Below, piece by piece: positions 41,001 through 52,713 of a stretch of DNA of 64,000 bases. The stretch lies in contig JAQGDQ010002367.1 in assembly GCA_030141605.1 (NCBI GenBank), forward strand, positions 744,001 to 808,000. The letters are read 5' to 3'. Position 1 is the first letter of the stretch. The number at the start of each line of letters is the position of its first letter. A model generated the notes under the pieces. It was not told the DNA's origin. It did no database searches and saw only the letters and a list, made by a program, of their open reading frames with translations. The translations under genes and the position numbers were made by a program. The stretch is from Tubiluchus corallicola. Its lineage: Eukaryota > Animalia > Priapulida.

Positions 41001-44000
41001 TCTGACCCGACAGAAGCAGCAAAAACCCCTGATGTCAGTGTGAAACCAAAACATATGATAGTTACAGAGCAGTCGCCAACGCCGACTCCTCGTCGTAGGA
41101 GAACTACAGAGAGAATGACAGACGTTACTTTAGAGTCTCTTTCTACAGTTAACGAAGCTGCTGCTCAAACATTTCTGCAAATTCGACGGTTAGAAGCAGA
41201 AACTGAAGCAAAAAAGTTACAATTAGAGCATGAGCGCATTATGGCCGAGATGGAGTTACGTAAACTTGAATTGACCGCTGCCAGTCCAGTCAGTCAGTCG
41301 CCAATGATGTCACAGGCCAGTCCTTTCTATAGTCGTCAAGCGGACTCTACCGTTGACAAATTAAAGCTCATGAAAATACGTCCCTTTGATGAAACCAAGG
41401 ACGATATACAAAAGTTTCTTGATTGGTTTCAAGCTTGTGCTGCTGCAAACAAGATTGATAGATCAGACTTCGCGGCGTGTATTGGCCCATCTTTGTCTGG
41501 CAGAGCAGCAGACGCGTTTCAGCAGATTCCCGAGTCTGAAATGCGGAACTACACATACGTTCGCAAAGCTTTGCTTGGCGCGTATATTCTAAGCAATGAC
41601 GTTTACCTGGAGAGATTCCGCGGTACAATAAAGCTTAAGAATGAAAGTTATCGCCAGCTTTTCAGACGCTTGGATAATAGTTGGCGCGACTATCTTGAAG
41701 CCATACAAGCCGAGACTTTTGAGACTGTTAATGAAGCAGTAGTAATTGAACAAGCGCTTAGTTTGATGCCACACGATTTGGCCACTTGGTTAAAGACGGA
41801 TAGCATCAGGACAATTGAGAAGATGGCCCAACGGGCAGATCAATTTGTCGCAGCGAGACAAATCACTTCCCTTCCTGGGAAAAATGTTTATTCATTTAAA
41901 AAGACTGGTAAACCCAATGTTGCCACGTCGCAAGGTGAAGGCGCGAGCAATACAAATATGAGCCAGAATCTTGCAACCAAAATGCATTGTTACGCTTGTG
42001 GAAAGCCTGGTCATAGGCGCAGCGAATGTCGATCGCGTTTGGGAACTGAACACGTCATGCGACCTGCTAATGCTGCTGTATTTGGTAAACCTGGCAAACA
42101 ATTGTTTAGCACACCGGAAATAAAGATGCCAAATAATGATGATGATTGGCATCATGTACCTGGCCGAAAACAGCCCGTTGGTTTTACAGCAAAAATTAAC
42201 GGTTACGTGGTAAAAGGTCAAAGAGACACTGGAGCTGGTGTAAGCATGTTACATGCTAAATTCGTTCGCGCTAATCAGTATTTAAATGAACTCCGACACA
42301 AGTTCGTATGCGCGTGCGGTGATATGAGGCAAAGTAAATTAGCGAAGGTTGAAATTATTGGGCCTGGCTTCTCTGGTATTCTGACTGTAAGCGTAAGCGA
42401 TAATTTACCCGTTGACTTTTTACTTGGAAATAATTACGAGTCAGCGTTAAAGCCATTCCCGGAGAATGCTGAAAAAGCTTCAAAATTTAATAAAGAAGTG
42501 GGTAAATACAGCGTTAAACCAAAGAAGAATGCTGCAAGTAAATCACCACCGAAACAAAAGCCTCAATCAGCGACAGATGTGGAGTCAATTTATGCAATAA
42601 CTCGCTCGCAGGCTGACAAGCTAGAAGCTCAAGTCAAGCAGGACACGCTGTTACAACAGCAAGTATTTGATTCGTCAGCATCAAACGATGGATTAGCGGT
42701 TAAGGACTCGCCTGCTGAAGATCAGAAACAACTTCTTGACGTCACAATTGAACAGATCAGCGAAGAGCAAAAAGTGGATGTCACTATACGAAATATTATT
42801 GATAACGCGTGCACAGAAGAAGAGGCATATAAATTAGGCAAAGGGTACTTTTTGCGCGGAGGTGCGTTATTCTATTTATCTAAAGGAAAACGGCACCAAG
42901 CATCTAGGGAGCTGCTTGTACTACCCAAATTTCGCCGCAAGGAAGTTTTACAACTTGCGCACGGAAGTAAATTAGCCGGACACTTGGGCATAAACAAGAC
43001 AACTCGGAGAATTCTTCAAGAATATATATGGCCTCGTCTTAAACGTTCCGTAAGGGAATATTGTCGTTCCTGTCTGACGTGTCAGAAAACAGCGCGTTCA
43101 CGCAGTGCAGACAGAGCCCCTTTGAAACCGTTACCTATTGTAGACACGGCATTTCGTACCATAGGGATGGACTTAATTGGGCCGCTTGATCGTACACCTT
43201 CTGGTAATCGTTGGGCTTTAGTAATAGTGGACCATGCAACACGTTATCCGGACGCATATCCGCTAGTAGATATACAGACTGTCACCGTGTTAAATGCACT
43301 GTTGAAATTCTGTTGTAGATACGGCATCCCTCGCCAAATATTAACGGACTGTGGCACCCAGTTCACTTCAAACTTGACCAAAGAGCTGGAGGATCAGCTC
43401 GGTGTCAAAGGTATTTTCACTAGTCCATACTCACCTTCAACGAATGGACTCGTCGAGAAATATAATGACACGCTAAAGAAGTCTATTTTACGCCTAACAC
43501 AAGATTTCTCGTCTCTTCCCTGGGATCTCGCAATTGATTATGTGCTTTTCTCATACCGTGAAGTTCCACAGGATTCCACAGGGTACAGCCCAAATGAACT
43601 TGTCTTTGGCTACCCAGTACGTGGTCCGCTGACCATGCTTAAAGAGCGATGGGGTTGTTCCAAACCGCCAAGTCTTGAAGATGTCGATGAGTATGTTGCA
43701 CGAGTTATTAATGCATTAGAGACATCGACAGAAGACGCTCATAAATCGCTTCAGGAAGCCAAATTATCCCAGAAACGCTGGTACGACCGGGTGTCAAAAG
43801 AAAGAAGTTTCGAGGTTGGCGATAAAGTGATGGTTCAGAGGATGAGGAAAGGCAAAAAGATGCAACCAGGATGGAGAGGCCCATATCAAATAACAGACAA
43901 AGTATCGGATTGGACTTATAAAGTTTGTTTTGGCAAGAAGGGTAGACGGAAGGACACTAGAATTGTTCATATCAATAAGCTTAAGCAATATGTGTACAGA

Positions 44001-46909
44001 GAGGAGTCCCTGATCCTTAGCAATGAGCTTGGACAATGATGGAACAAACTTGAGTGAAGTTCTAGCATATGGCGTTGATGAAGATGTTGAGGAAGATGAC
44101 ATGTATGATTTGGCAATAATAAACCTCGGCAAAGGAATAGTAGAACCTGGAGGTCTCCCAGATTATGCTTTTTTGCCAACGGCCATTGCCACACAGTCAG
44201 TAAATGATGTCACTTTACCAGACGATCTATCAGAGCAACAACGCACAGAACTTCGTTTTTAACAAGTATCCGGAAATGTTTACGGATTTTCCGCCTACGT
44301 CCTCAGCAGAAGAAGCTACAACAAATATGTGATTTTCCACGGCCACAAACAAAAACTCAAGTACGTAGATTCCTAGGAATGGTGGGCTTCTACAGACGTT
44401 TTATCGAGAACTTCAGCACTATCGCTGCACCTCTGTATTCTTTAACAGAAAAATATTCCCCCACTCAAGTACCTTGGACAGAAGCTTGTGAGAAGAGCTT
44501 TCTTACCCTTCAGAATGCTTTAACTTCTGACAGTGTTCTACATTCCTCTGATTATTCGAAACCATTTATCCTAACTACAGATGCCAGCTTTGTGGGCATT
44601 GGTGGTGTACTCACACAAGATCGTATGAATGGCTTGGGAGAAGTGCCTATCACATATGTCAGTCGTAGGCTTACACCCACCGAAGTCAGATATTCTGTAG
44701 TTGAATGTGAACTTCTGAGTGTTGTATTTTGCATGCAGAAGTTAAATTACTATTTAGAAGGCCGCCAGTTTACATTGCGCACTGATCAAAGAAGTTTGCT
44801 TGCGCTCAGAAAAATGCTTAAGAATAACAATGTGTTACTGGGCACTCATTCTTTCAGAATATTGCTTTACAATTGAGCATATTGCTGGCGCTCAAAACCT
44901 TGTTGCTGATGCCTTAAGCCGGAAATAAATATAAAGCGTCAGAGTATGAAATGCTCAACAAGTTGTAGTACTTTTTCAGTGCTTAAACAAGTTTTTTTTT
45001 GGTGTTATATATCATATATTTGTTTGATGATACATTTGTGGTGTATGATGTAATGATCAATTTGCTTCTTTTTATCTTTGTTTTGTCTGAGTTGAAAAAT
45101 ATGTAATAACTCAGTGAGCTACAAAGTCGTTACTTCTATTCATGTTTGTCATTGCATATGTATGACGTTATCGTATCTTGGCAGTGAAAAATGTTACGTT
45201 TCGTAATCATGATCTTGAAATATTTAATATTCTTTAGGGGAAGGCTCTGTGATGGTCCCCCATCCAGCAGATTACTGCAACTAATTATTTTTCACTTTAA
45301 ATATTTTTCTTAACGGTATCACGAATTGTTTACCTAATGATTGATAATATTGATGTATTGATTTTTATGTTCCAATCTTGTGCTGCCATCTTTAGTCAAG
45401 AGTAGCATTATTTTCGATGAAGTTATCATTAAATGAAGCCTTTTTCTGTTAAGCTACCTTAAATATGTAATTGGGCAGAAGAAGATGAAATTCGTTTCGT
45501 TTCAACATGACTTGTATTTTTCAAGCGAAAATACGTTTAGCAACAATTTTTTCCATGATAATATTATGCCCGTGTTTGAACAAATGTGAAAGCTTCGTCG
45601 CTGTACTACTGAGGTCACTTCACCCAGAACTCGTTTCTGATTGGTCGGCTAGCTTTCGAGGGCTGGATATTAGACATATTGGCCTACGTGGCGGGGAGAG
45701 TAGAATGGCCGTGTTGAAAAATGGTCTGATATAACTATATCATGGTTTCTTTTACGATGATTGAACAAGAAAATGGATGGTTTGTTCATTACTATGTTCT
45801 TTTTATTCATTGGTGAACGCTGTTCCTCTTTTGTTGGTGAAACCTCGTCAGTTACGCAACTGCTGAGAGACATTTGTTAAATTAGGCATTCGTTACATAG
45901 CCTAATCACCTCCTCGTTGGATAAAGATATTGTCACCTTTGACTTCACGTTCGATGATCTAAATCGCTTCCGTTCTGTGTGGGAACTCGGAGGAGATGAT
46001 CTTCTCATTATCCGATCTCCAGAGACTCTACTACGTGTCCGGCCTGTTGGAGGGAAAGCTGTGTAAACCGAATTCTGCTGCATTACCACAACGTGCGTGA
46101 GGAAGGACCGGTCCTACCCAAGTACTGGAGGAGACCTCGCCTTGTATGCAGGACGTCACGTGAGCGCAAGAAGTATTACAATATTCATATGTTACTATGT
46201 TATTTGTCAGCTAAATTAGACTGATTCATTGCAGTAACGATGTGGATTTAATTGTTTTACTCAGGTAACGATAATTACTTAATGCCTAATATGGGCACAT
46301 TATGTTCAAATGTTACAGTAGCATGTCATATTGCTCTAGCCAAGCGAAAAGTGTGACACATATAAAAGACAAGCTTCTCTTTTTACAAGTACACAACTAA
46401 ATTAGAAAACTGTTGTGGTCACCTGATGTGATCTAGTGAATTTATTGTTGAGCTCAGTTACCAGTGATACAGTTAATGATGTAATGTGAATCTTGTGCAT
46501 GTCATTAGATGGTTCTCACTTTTTGCAAAGTTGAGCAGGTACAAAGACTGAGTTTTGTTGAACTTGGCAAACAACAGAAAGGTGGACCCACAGGAGCACT
46601 AGGAGGTGACCGTCCCAGTTCAGCAGCTGGAGAAGAAACAAAGAAGTCGCACAATGTTTCTTTGCAAACTGGTCTTCAACCATTAAATGTTACTTTCAGG
46701 TGTGTGTTATATTTCATGCATTCCAACTTATGCTGATTTAAAGGTTAATAAACTTGTGGCTTTGTTAGTTAGTTGCCAGTTTGTGTCATTATATGTAACA
46801 ATGTATATTGATCCTTAGGATTATCCGACACATGAATATGATATTCATTTCAACCGTGACTTTGTTTATTGCAAACTTTACTAGACGATAATATGGCATA
46901 TGAGAGAGA

Positions 46910-46977
<68 letters not shown>

Positions 46978-49900
46978 TTGTATGTAGTTTTATTATAGTA
47001 TATAGATGATGACTGCTACAATTGCAATAATTGCTGCTACTACTTCTACTACTGCTGCTGCTGCTGCTACTACTACTACTACTATTTCTACTACTATTAC
47101 TACTATTACTTATAAGTAAAATTAACACACATTTCTATTCAGCGAATTTTGCGTGAATAATGTGAGTGACTAATATGCATCATTCCTTACAGAGTCCCAG
47201 ATAACGCCTTAATTTGGGATCAGCCATTAGTAGCTCATTGGAGCCATGAATTTAAACATTGGAGACATGATAACATAAATGATGTAACCTATAATGAAGG
47301 TAAGAAAACAAGTGTGTTTTTGTTTAGATTATCTTTTGTTGTACTTGATTATAAGGGAGGTACCTATGTCTGGAGAACTAGACTTAATTTGTGATATTTT
47401 GTGGTATTTTCCTATTGAGTGGAAATAGATGCAGCCTTTTTTAATTTTCAAGAACAGCCCTGTGATGGCATTGCCCAGCACCCAACTCTCCCTGAACTTT
47501 CTGAAATAATAATGCATCATTGAGACTATAAAGGCATTATGTTTTTCATCTTAAAGATGACATATCTCAAGAGAACTCTCTCATATAACCAATCCATTTC
47601 ATTATGTAGAAAAACAACCCAGTTGTTTACACTAGTACTAAGCCATAACAGACTTGCCAGTTGATGTCAAGACAAACTTCTTTTACGGTTGTGGATTTTA
47701 ACGATCTGTAATAGTTCATCAAAGTTGGTGACCACGAAGTGCACATGAACAGCGTTGCTTAATCATTCTTTATGATCAAGAGATTATAATCTCCATCTTT
47801 TTTGCAATAGAGAGTGGTACCGTCGCTTTCAAGACAACCGTTTTTGGAACATTTGCATTGCTGCAGAACAAATACATAACCATGCCATTTTGTTCTTGGT
47901 GGTTAAAGCACAGTGGTGCTGGTGTCGCCATCTATAGCATAAAAGCACCTTATGTGGAAGTAGTATTTGAAATAAAGGTATGCTCTACATGTGCACAGGG
48001 TTTCTGTTAGTGAATTTTCTTACACACGCATCATTATTCTCAAAACAAAATTTATAATAGTATGCAAGTGTAATGTCAGATTGATGTTTAATGTTTTTAT
48101 CCTTTTGCACTTAACTGAATAAACAAAATATCAGAGGAAATGTTATTGTCTGCATTTTTTAATCATCTTTGAATGCATTAGGCACTGTTTACATTGCAAC
48201 TAGTTCATGATAAAGATACGTTTGTCCACAAATGCCCCAATATGAACAATTATTGTATAGAACCATCATTGTAAAAATTATACGTGTCATTGTGCTAAAT
48301 TATGCAAAAATTGCTGTATCACCCTCTCTATAATTTGCATCTTGGTGATTTTTAGTTTTATTTTTCTTGTACTACATGTACTTTTACTATAGTATATCTA
48401 CTTTTACTATTCTATATGTACTATACAAAAAAATAAAAATGATGTAATTTTTAGGTACCAGTGAGCTTTCTTATGCTGTTATTGGAATTCACCCATGCTT
48501 TATATATAAATATAATTTCTTTTGTACACATGAAAAGGCTCAATGGCACCCAAATGTGCCTAAGTTTCAATAATTGTAATATATATTGTGAGTCTCATGA
48601 ACACTACTAGTACTACTGATTATGTTATGCTTGGTACTGGTGGCAAAGGAAACCATTTAAGTCAGATGATTTGCAAACTTGCGTGTGAAGTTGCAGAATA
48701 AGTTGAGAACTGAAATTTGATGTGCTCACACATGTGAAAAACTTAAAATGCATGTGACACATGCCTAATGTGTGAGAGTTGGCAGGTCTGATGATGAATG
48801 ACTAACATGGTTAGAGTATACCATTCTATTATAGCAAAACCTGGTGCGTCTCACTGAGCCAACTAGTGAAACCTGCCCGCAGTTAAGAAGTTTTGTAAAT
48901 GAGTGGATGATGCCATTTCAGTTAATCATGGTTTGTTCCTTTTGTTATATGTATATGCTTACTTTTTATATTAATGGTTTGATTAGCACATGGCTTCTCC
49001 TTAATTCCCTAGTTCAAGTCTAGATCATTCTGTTTAGATCAGTTTTTGTATATTTTTTATATCTTGCTTGCAATTATTGTGTTCGTGATACATATACCAA
49101 TTGAACAAAAAGTGGCAATAAAAATTTAATTAATACATTAATTAACTAAAACAATTAACTAATACACAAAAATTAACTAAAACAATCTTTTGACCACTAT
49201 TAATGAATAATATCCTAAATTAGGGATCAAGTTTTGAGATTATACTCTAAAAGGGAAGAGGTAGCTACTGGTAAGCAATTTTTCACCTTTGATTGGTAAT
49301 GTCCCAGTCCCCTTAGCTACTGTGACTGCAGTCTGCAATCTAAAAGCCCTGCCTAAAGTCGTTTAAGGGAGTCGAGTGTTTTATATTGTTTGTCATATTG
49401 ATTGATGAGAGCTAGAATGTAGCATTGTTTCTTTAGCTACATTTGGCAAAATTAAGACAATTTATTTGTGGAGCACAACAATTAACAGTTATTGTCATCA
49501 GCAGCTCAGTAATACAGGTTTACAATAAAAGTGACTGCAATAAAAATATAAGCACACTATAATTCAAGCATTCAAGCACACAGAACAGTCACAGAAGTAC
49601 TTAAAGGCACATTATAATGTTACTGATAAACAATGTAACAGAAAATTGTAAGATTTTGTAGTAAGCTACGCATCTCCAGTTAGATTTTTACTAAGCTACT
49701 TACTATTATTGTACTTGTCTGACTTGCCAGTCAAAAGTCTATCTATTGGCATTAGAGTAGTTCAGCAAAATTTAGTTTCAGTCTAAAGTTTGAAATGTGA
49801 TAATGCATCTGTAAGATGATTGTGATGATTGCTGTGACCGATTATATTTGAAGAATTAATTACTTTAAATTATTGTGCCTATTTTTAACTTTACAGAAAA

Positions 49901-52713
49901 TGCGTTGTGCAGGAATTAATCTATTTCCGGAAACAGACGCGACGAAATTTGTTACCGTTAATCGAAAGATCCCTTCCGTCGAAGCAGTCCTATATCAAAA
50001 CATGGCTATCATTGCATGTTCAATCTCGTTTCGTTCTTCTTACTGGAACAGTCAAGTGGATCAAAAGCAACTGGTGCTACAGGCCCGCGAACAGCTGAAT
50101 GACGATGATAATGCCAATGAGGTACATTATAAAGTTTACCGAAATTTCACACACTGACTGTGATGAGAACTTTATTAAAAGCTTTAATTTACATTTTTGT
50201 CTCATCTTGAACATTGTTCAAAAAAGTTTACATATCAAGATTTTTGGTTTCTGGTTAACACTTCTGGCAATTATCAATATTTTTTGTTTGTGCATCTTAG
50301 AGTAGGTATCATCATTGTATTTCTTTACTGCCTTCCTTTGGTAGTTAGCTAATGCAGCTGCTATGGCACTGTTTTCAATGACAAAGTGCTATTTACAATC
50401 ACTGTTATGCTGTAGGGTTGCCGCTTCATCATTTGAGTTCATCCAAACTCAGGAGTTCAGCAGCAGTAGAGGGTCTGTCTGGGGGAGTGCTGTATTTCCT
50501 GTATTTCAGACGAATTAGGAGGCCTTTTTCAGAAACAAAAATTGAGAAATTTAATTTACATAGTAATACAAATTTCTTGACTTTAGACTCTAACAAAAAC
50601 CTTAAAAGTGTAAATTAAACTTACAAAAGTACAAGGAACACAGAGCATATCTGGAGTTCCTTCTCAGTCTTAATAGATTTCTTGCATTTTATGAGATTTT
50701 TTTGTATATAATTCGTAGCGATCGAATTATTAGGAACTTTATATTACACGATCAAAGCTAAATCTCCTCTCCGTGTCTTTTCTCTTATTCATCATCATCA
50801 TGTACTCATTACGTCCATTACAGACTTTGAGCAGAGAGAATTGTAAAAGAAATCTGCCTTTAAGACATAAAAACAGCAGTAATCCAGGAAAATCTAGGTA
50901 TTGCCATTGTCTTCAATCAGCACCACTTCCAATTTCAGTTATTGGTACATGTAAATTATGCGTTCACAATTTGACTCAAGCAAAGTGAACCTACTTGTAT
51001 TACACTTGCTGCTGCGGCAAAAATTGGCAAAAAATATAAATAGGTGAAAAGATGAAGCTTTCATCAGATTAAACTTAATTTAGTATCTTAACAGAGATTC
51101 TGCTGGCTTTAGCAATTAACTTTATGTAGTTTCAATAGCGTTAAAGCTGTATTTAGGTATTTTTTACTTAAATTGCAATGCATTGGTCGAAATCCAGAGG
51201 TTTCAGAACTTTTCAAGAGTCTAATCGAATTACGGATCTGTGTCTGAATTTCAAGATACTCATGGTGAAATCCAGTTTGGTGGCAACCCTAGCACCTAGT
51301 GCATTTAATGATCGAATAACATACAACAACTGTTTTATAGATTTATAAACAAGTAAATTTTTTTAGTAATACCAAAGTTGGATGACAATTCTGGCTTATT
51401 TAATTTTATTGTGTGAAACAGCTAATATGTGAAATTTTGAGATTTTGTAAAGTTCAGATCACTTAGTCCAAACTCACATAGGTAATTATAATTCTTAATA
51501 CTGACAGTTGAACTGCCATCAAACAATTTTAAAATTAATTTAAGACAAGTCCATCTAATTATGTTTATTTTGTTTCTTAACAGACTGATTGGTGCTTGAT
51601 ATCATTTTCATGCAAACGAGCTGTTAAACTTCAAATAAAGGAAGATGCCACTGAATTCAGTGAGGAACAGAATACTGAACATCCAGTAAGTTTCAAACTG
51701 TAGAAGCCAAAACTGCTAGCCTTGATCTCTGCTTGAATGCAGCAGTATAAGTTCTTTTACTTTCTGTCTAAGGAGCACTTTTTGGCAACTTTGATAATTT
51801 TAAAAAAAGCAAGGAACCAAAGCATGAATTTAAAGAGAATACAATTTGACGTGATTTTATTTTATTTGTTCTCGACTGGTCATATCAGGTTATTTGCTAA
51901 ACACTTTTTTATGATGTGAGTAAATTTCATTTCAGTTTTAAATTCATTTATTACTTCTAAATTAGAGCATTTTGGTAACTTTTACTTATATGCCATGTAA
52001 TGAAAAATATAATTTTCTAACAAGGTCATGCTGTATTACAAGATGTGAAGGATTCTTTATGTCTTACAACGGCAATACCGCATTGTCCAAAACTTCAGTT
52101 ATACGAACACTGAACAAAATTCAGCAACTATCTAAAAGCTGCAGATTATTGTGATGAAGCTTTTAAATTCATTTGACTGTAATTCACTAGGCTAAATTCT
52201 CTTATGACTCATCATTCGTGTATTTCATTAACAGTGTGTGTAATTAAGCTCCACCCATATAAAATGTGTTTAGCAGTTCGTGAAACTATGGTTACTCTCC
52301 AAAAAAAAGCACACCATGTCTCATGCCTAACTGAAGCTTTCGTGATTCAAAGCTCTGGAATGTAAAATAACCATAATCATATGGTTTTAAGTTTTTATGA
52401 ACAAATGTCTTGGTTGTTAAAACTGTTAATGAAACTATCCCTGCTGCTTTATTTAGTAACTCAAATCTGGAAGAACATTTTTCTGTGACTGTTGTTATAC
52501 GTTTTCAATATTATAGAATCATAAATAATTGCTGTATTTTTTACTCTGCAGTACTACAGTGATCTCTACCATCTGATAATGGCAATAAGCTCAGAGGAAG
52601 TGAAAAACAAAATAAACAACAACGAGGACTACACCTGCATTGATACTATACACCAGATGCTCATGGCTACAAAACCACTGTCATTTACTGTAGCAGCCAG
52701 TAGAGTTGCTTAG
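28908..52713 (+). CDS. DNAI7: Dynein axonemal intermediate chain 7 (CASC1/Las1/IC97 family), multi-exon
   Basis: Phase-consistent GT-AG exons: 28908-28919 (tentative start, MPCP), 29547-29628, 30082-30173, 30584-30688, 30892-31032, 32328-32471, 32859-32962, 35318-35484, 35723-35868 (or 35886), 36204-36254 (tentative), 36597-36882, 37395-37532, 46531-46699, 47193-47299, 47811-47977, 48835-48930, 49897-50121, 51584-51685, 52552-52713; about 830 aa. Motifs [77 protein letters not shown] and YYSDLYHL match CASC1. Confidence 0.92.
31863..31982 (+). pseudogene. Full-length 5S rRNA-derived copy (pseudogene or head of a 5S-SINE)
   Basis: 120 nt GTCTACGGCCATATCACGTTGAAAACACC...AGTTAAGC...AGTACTTGGATGGGTGA...GAATACCAGGTGCTGTAGGCTT. 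Several CpG-type changes; no T4 terminator after it. Confidence 0.85.
33510..34511 (+). mobile_element. Internally deleted pogo/Tigger-type DNA transposon (MITE)
   Basis: TIRs CAGTAGGCGCCGCT / AGCGGCACCTACTG with TA on both sides, and subterminal TTAATTGACTCAA repeats. The internal [11 protein letters not shown] resembles a pogo transposase C-terminal PIP-box-like motif. Confidence 0.88.
34954..35058. repeat. (AT)n microsatellites
   Basis: Directly visible. Confidence 0.95.
39070..40139 (+). repeat. 5' LTR (1070 bp)
   Basis: Direct repeat of 45248-46317. Starts TGTGATGG, ends TGTTACA; about 5 substitutions seen by eye. Confidence 0.96.
40141..40153 (+). promoter_or_regulatory. Primer binding site, tRNA-Leu type
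   Basis: TGGTGTCAGAAGT, 1 nt after the 5' LTR, is complementary to the 3' end ...ACTTCTGACACCA of tRNA-Leu(CAA). Confidence 0.85.
40770..44039 (+). CDS. Retrotransposon Gag-protease-integrase polyprotein (intact, 1089 aa)
   Basis: SCAN-like capsid segment ([16 protein letters not shown]...ADQF), Zn knuckle [14 protein letters not shown], protease RDTGA, integrase HHCC (AH...GH...CLTC), DDE residues in MDLIGP / TDCGTQF / NGLVEKYN, and GPY/F motif WRGPYQI. Confidence 0.93.
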   Translation: MSDVRYKLSELMTLNKEQLQNIVAELHLLVDPTSRRAVLITAILKAAGCPEEGKRDEGAELDTFDAGMNQPLLCAEASDPTEAAKTPDVSVKPKHMIVTEQSPTPTPRRRRTTERMTDVTLESLSTVNEAAAQTFLQIRRLEAETEAKKLQLEHERIMAEMELRKLELTAASPVSQSPMMSQASPFYSRQADSTVDKLKLMKIRPFDETKDDIQKFLDWFQACAAANKIDRSDFAACIGPSLSGRAADAFQQIPESEMRNYTYVRKALLGAYILSNDVYLERFRGTIKLKNESYRQLFRRLDNSWRDYLEAIQAETFETVNEAVVIEQALSLMPHDLATWLKTDSIRTIEKMAQRADQFVAARQITSLPGKNVYSFKKTGKPNVATSQGEGASNTNMSQNLATKMHCYACGKPGHRRSECRSRLGTEHVMRPANAAVFGKPGKQLFSTPEIKMPNNDDDWHHVPGRKQPVGFTAKINGYVVKGQRDTGAGVSMLHAKFVRANQYLNELRHKFVCACGDMRQSKLAKVEIIGPGFSGILTVSVSDNLPVDFLLGNNYESALKPFPENAEKASKFNKEVGKYSVKPKKNAASKSPPKQKPQSATDVESIYAITRSQADKLEAQVKQDTLLQQQVFDSSASNDGLAVKDSPAEDQKQLLDVTIEQISEEQKVDVTIRNIIDNACTEEEAYKLGKGYFLRGGALFYLSKGKRHQASRELLVLPKFRRKEVLQLAHGSKLAGHLGINKTTRRILQEYIWPRLKRSVREYCRSCLTCQKTARSRSADRAPLKPLPIVDTAFRTIGMDLIGPLDRTPSGNRWALVIVDHATRYPDAYPLVDIQTVTVLNALLKFCCRYGIPRQILTDCGTQFTSNLTKELEDQLGVKGIFTSPYSPSTNGLVEKYNDTLKKSILRLTQDFSSLPWDLAIDYVLFSYREVPQDSTGYSPNELVFGYPVRGPLTMLKERWGCSKPPSLEDVDEYVARVINALETSTEDAHKSLQEAKLSQKRWYDRVSKERSFEVGDKVMVQRMRKGKKMQPGWRGPYQITDKVSDWTYKVCFGKKGRRKDTRIVHINKLKQYVYREESLILSNELGQ
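44023..44928 (+). pseudogene. Degenerate RT/RNase H remnant of the retrotransposon
   Basis: The RT N-flank (LSEQQRTEL.. / [10 protein letters not shown]) is joined at about 44292 directly to the RT C-flank ([32 protein letters not shown]), with no YxDD. RNase H ([28 protein letters not shown]) frameshifts before WALILSEY...[10 protein letters not shown]. Confidence 0.9.
45248..46317 (+). repeat. 3' LTR (1070 bp)
   Basis: Copy of the 5' LTR, preceded by the purine tract AGGGGAAGG (45236-45244) and followed by TSD GTAGC. Confidence 0.96.
46901..47112. repeat. (GA)n followed by (CTA/CTG)n microsatellites
   Basis: Directly visible. Confidence 0.9.

Larger units (their letters stand above)
39070..46317 (+). 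mobile_element. Ty3/Gypsy (Gmr1-like) LTR retrotransposon, RT-deleted, in a DNAI7 intron
   Basis: TG...CA LTRs at 39070-40139 and 45248-46317. TSD GTAGC at 39065-39069 and 46318-46322. PBS and PPT present. Internal Gag-PR-IN ORF followed by an RT remnant and RNase H. Confidence 0.96.

Noticed and set aside
41368-44194. Short antisense or alternate-frame ORFs in the retrotransposon
   Set aside because: Shadows of the main polyprotein ORF; no env-like ORF was seen.
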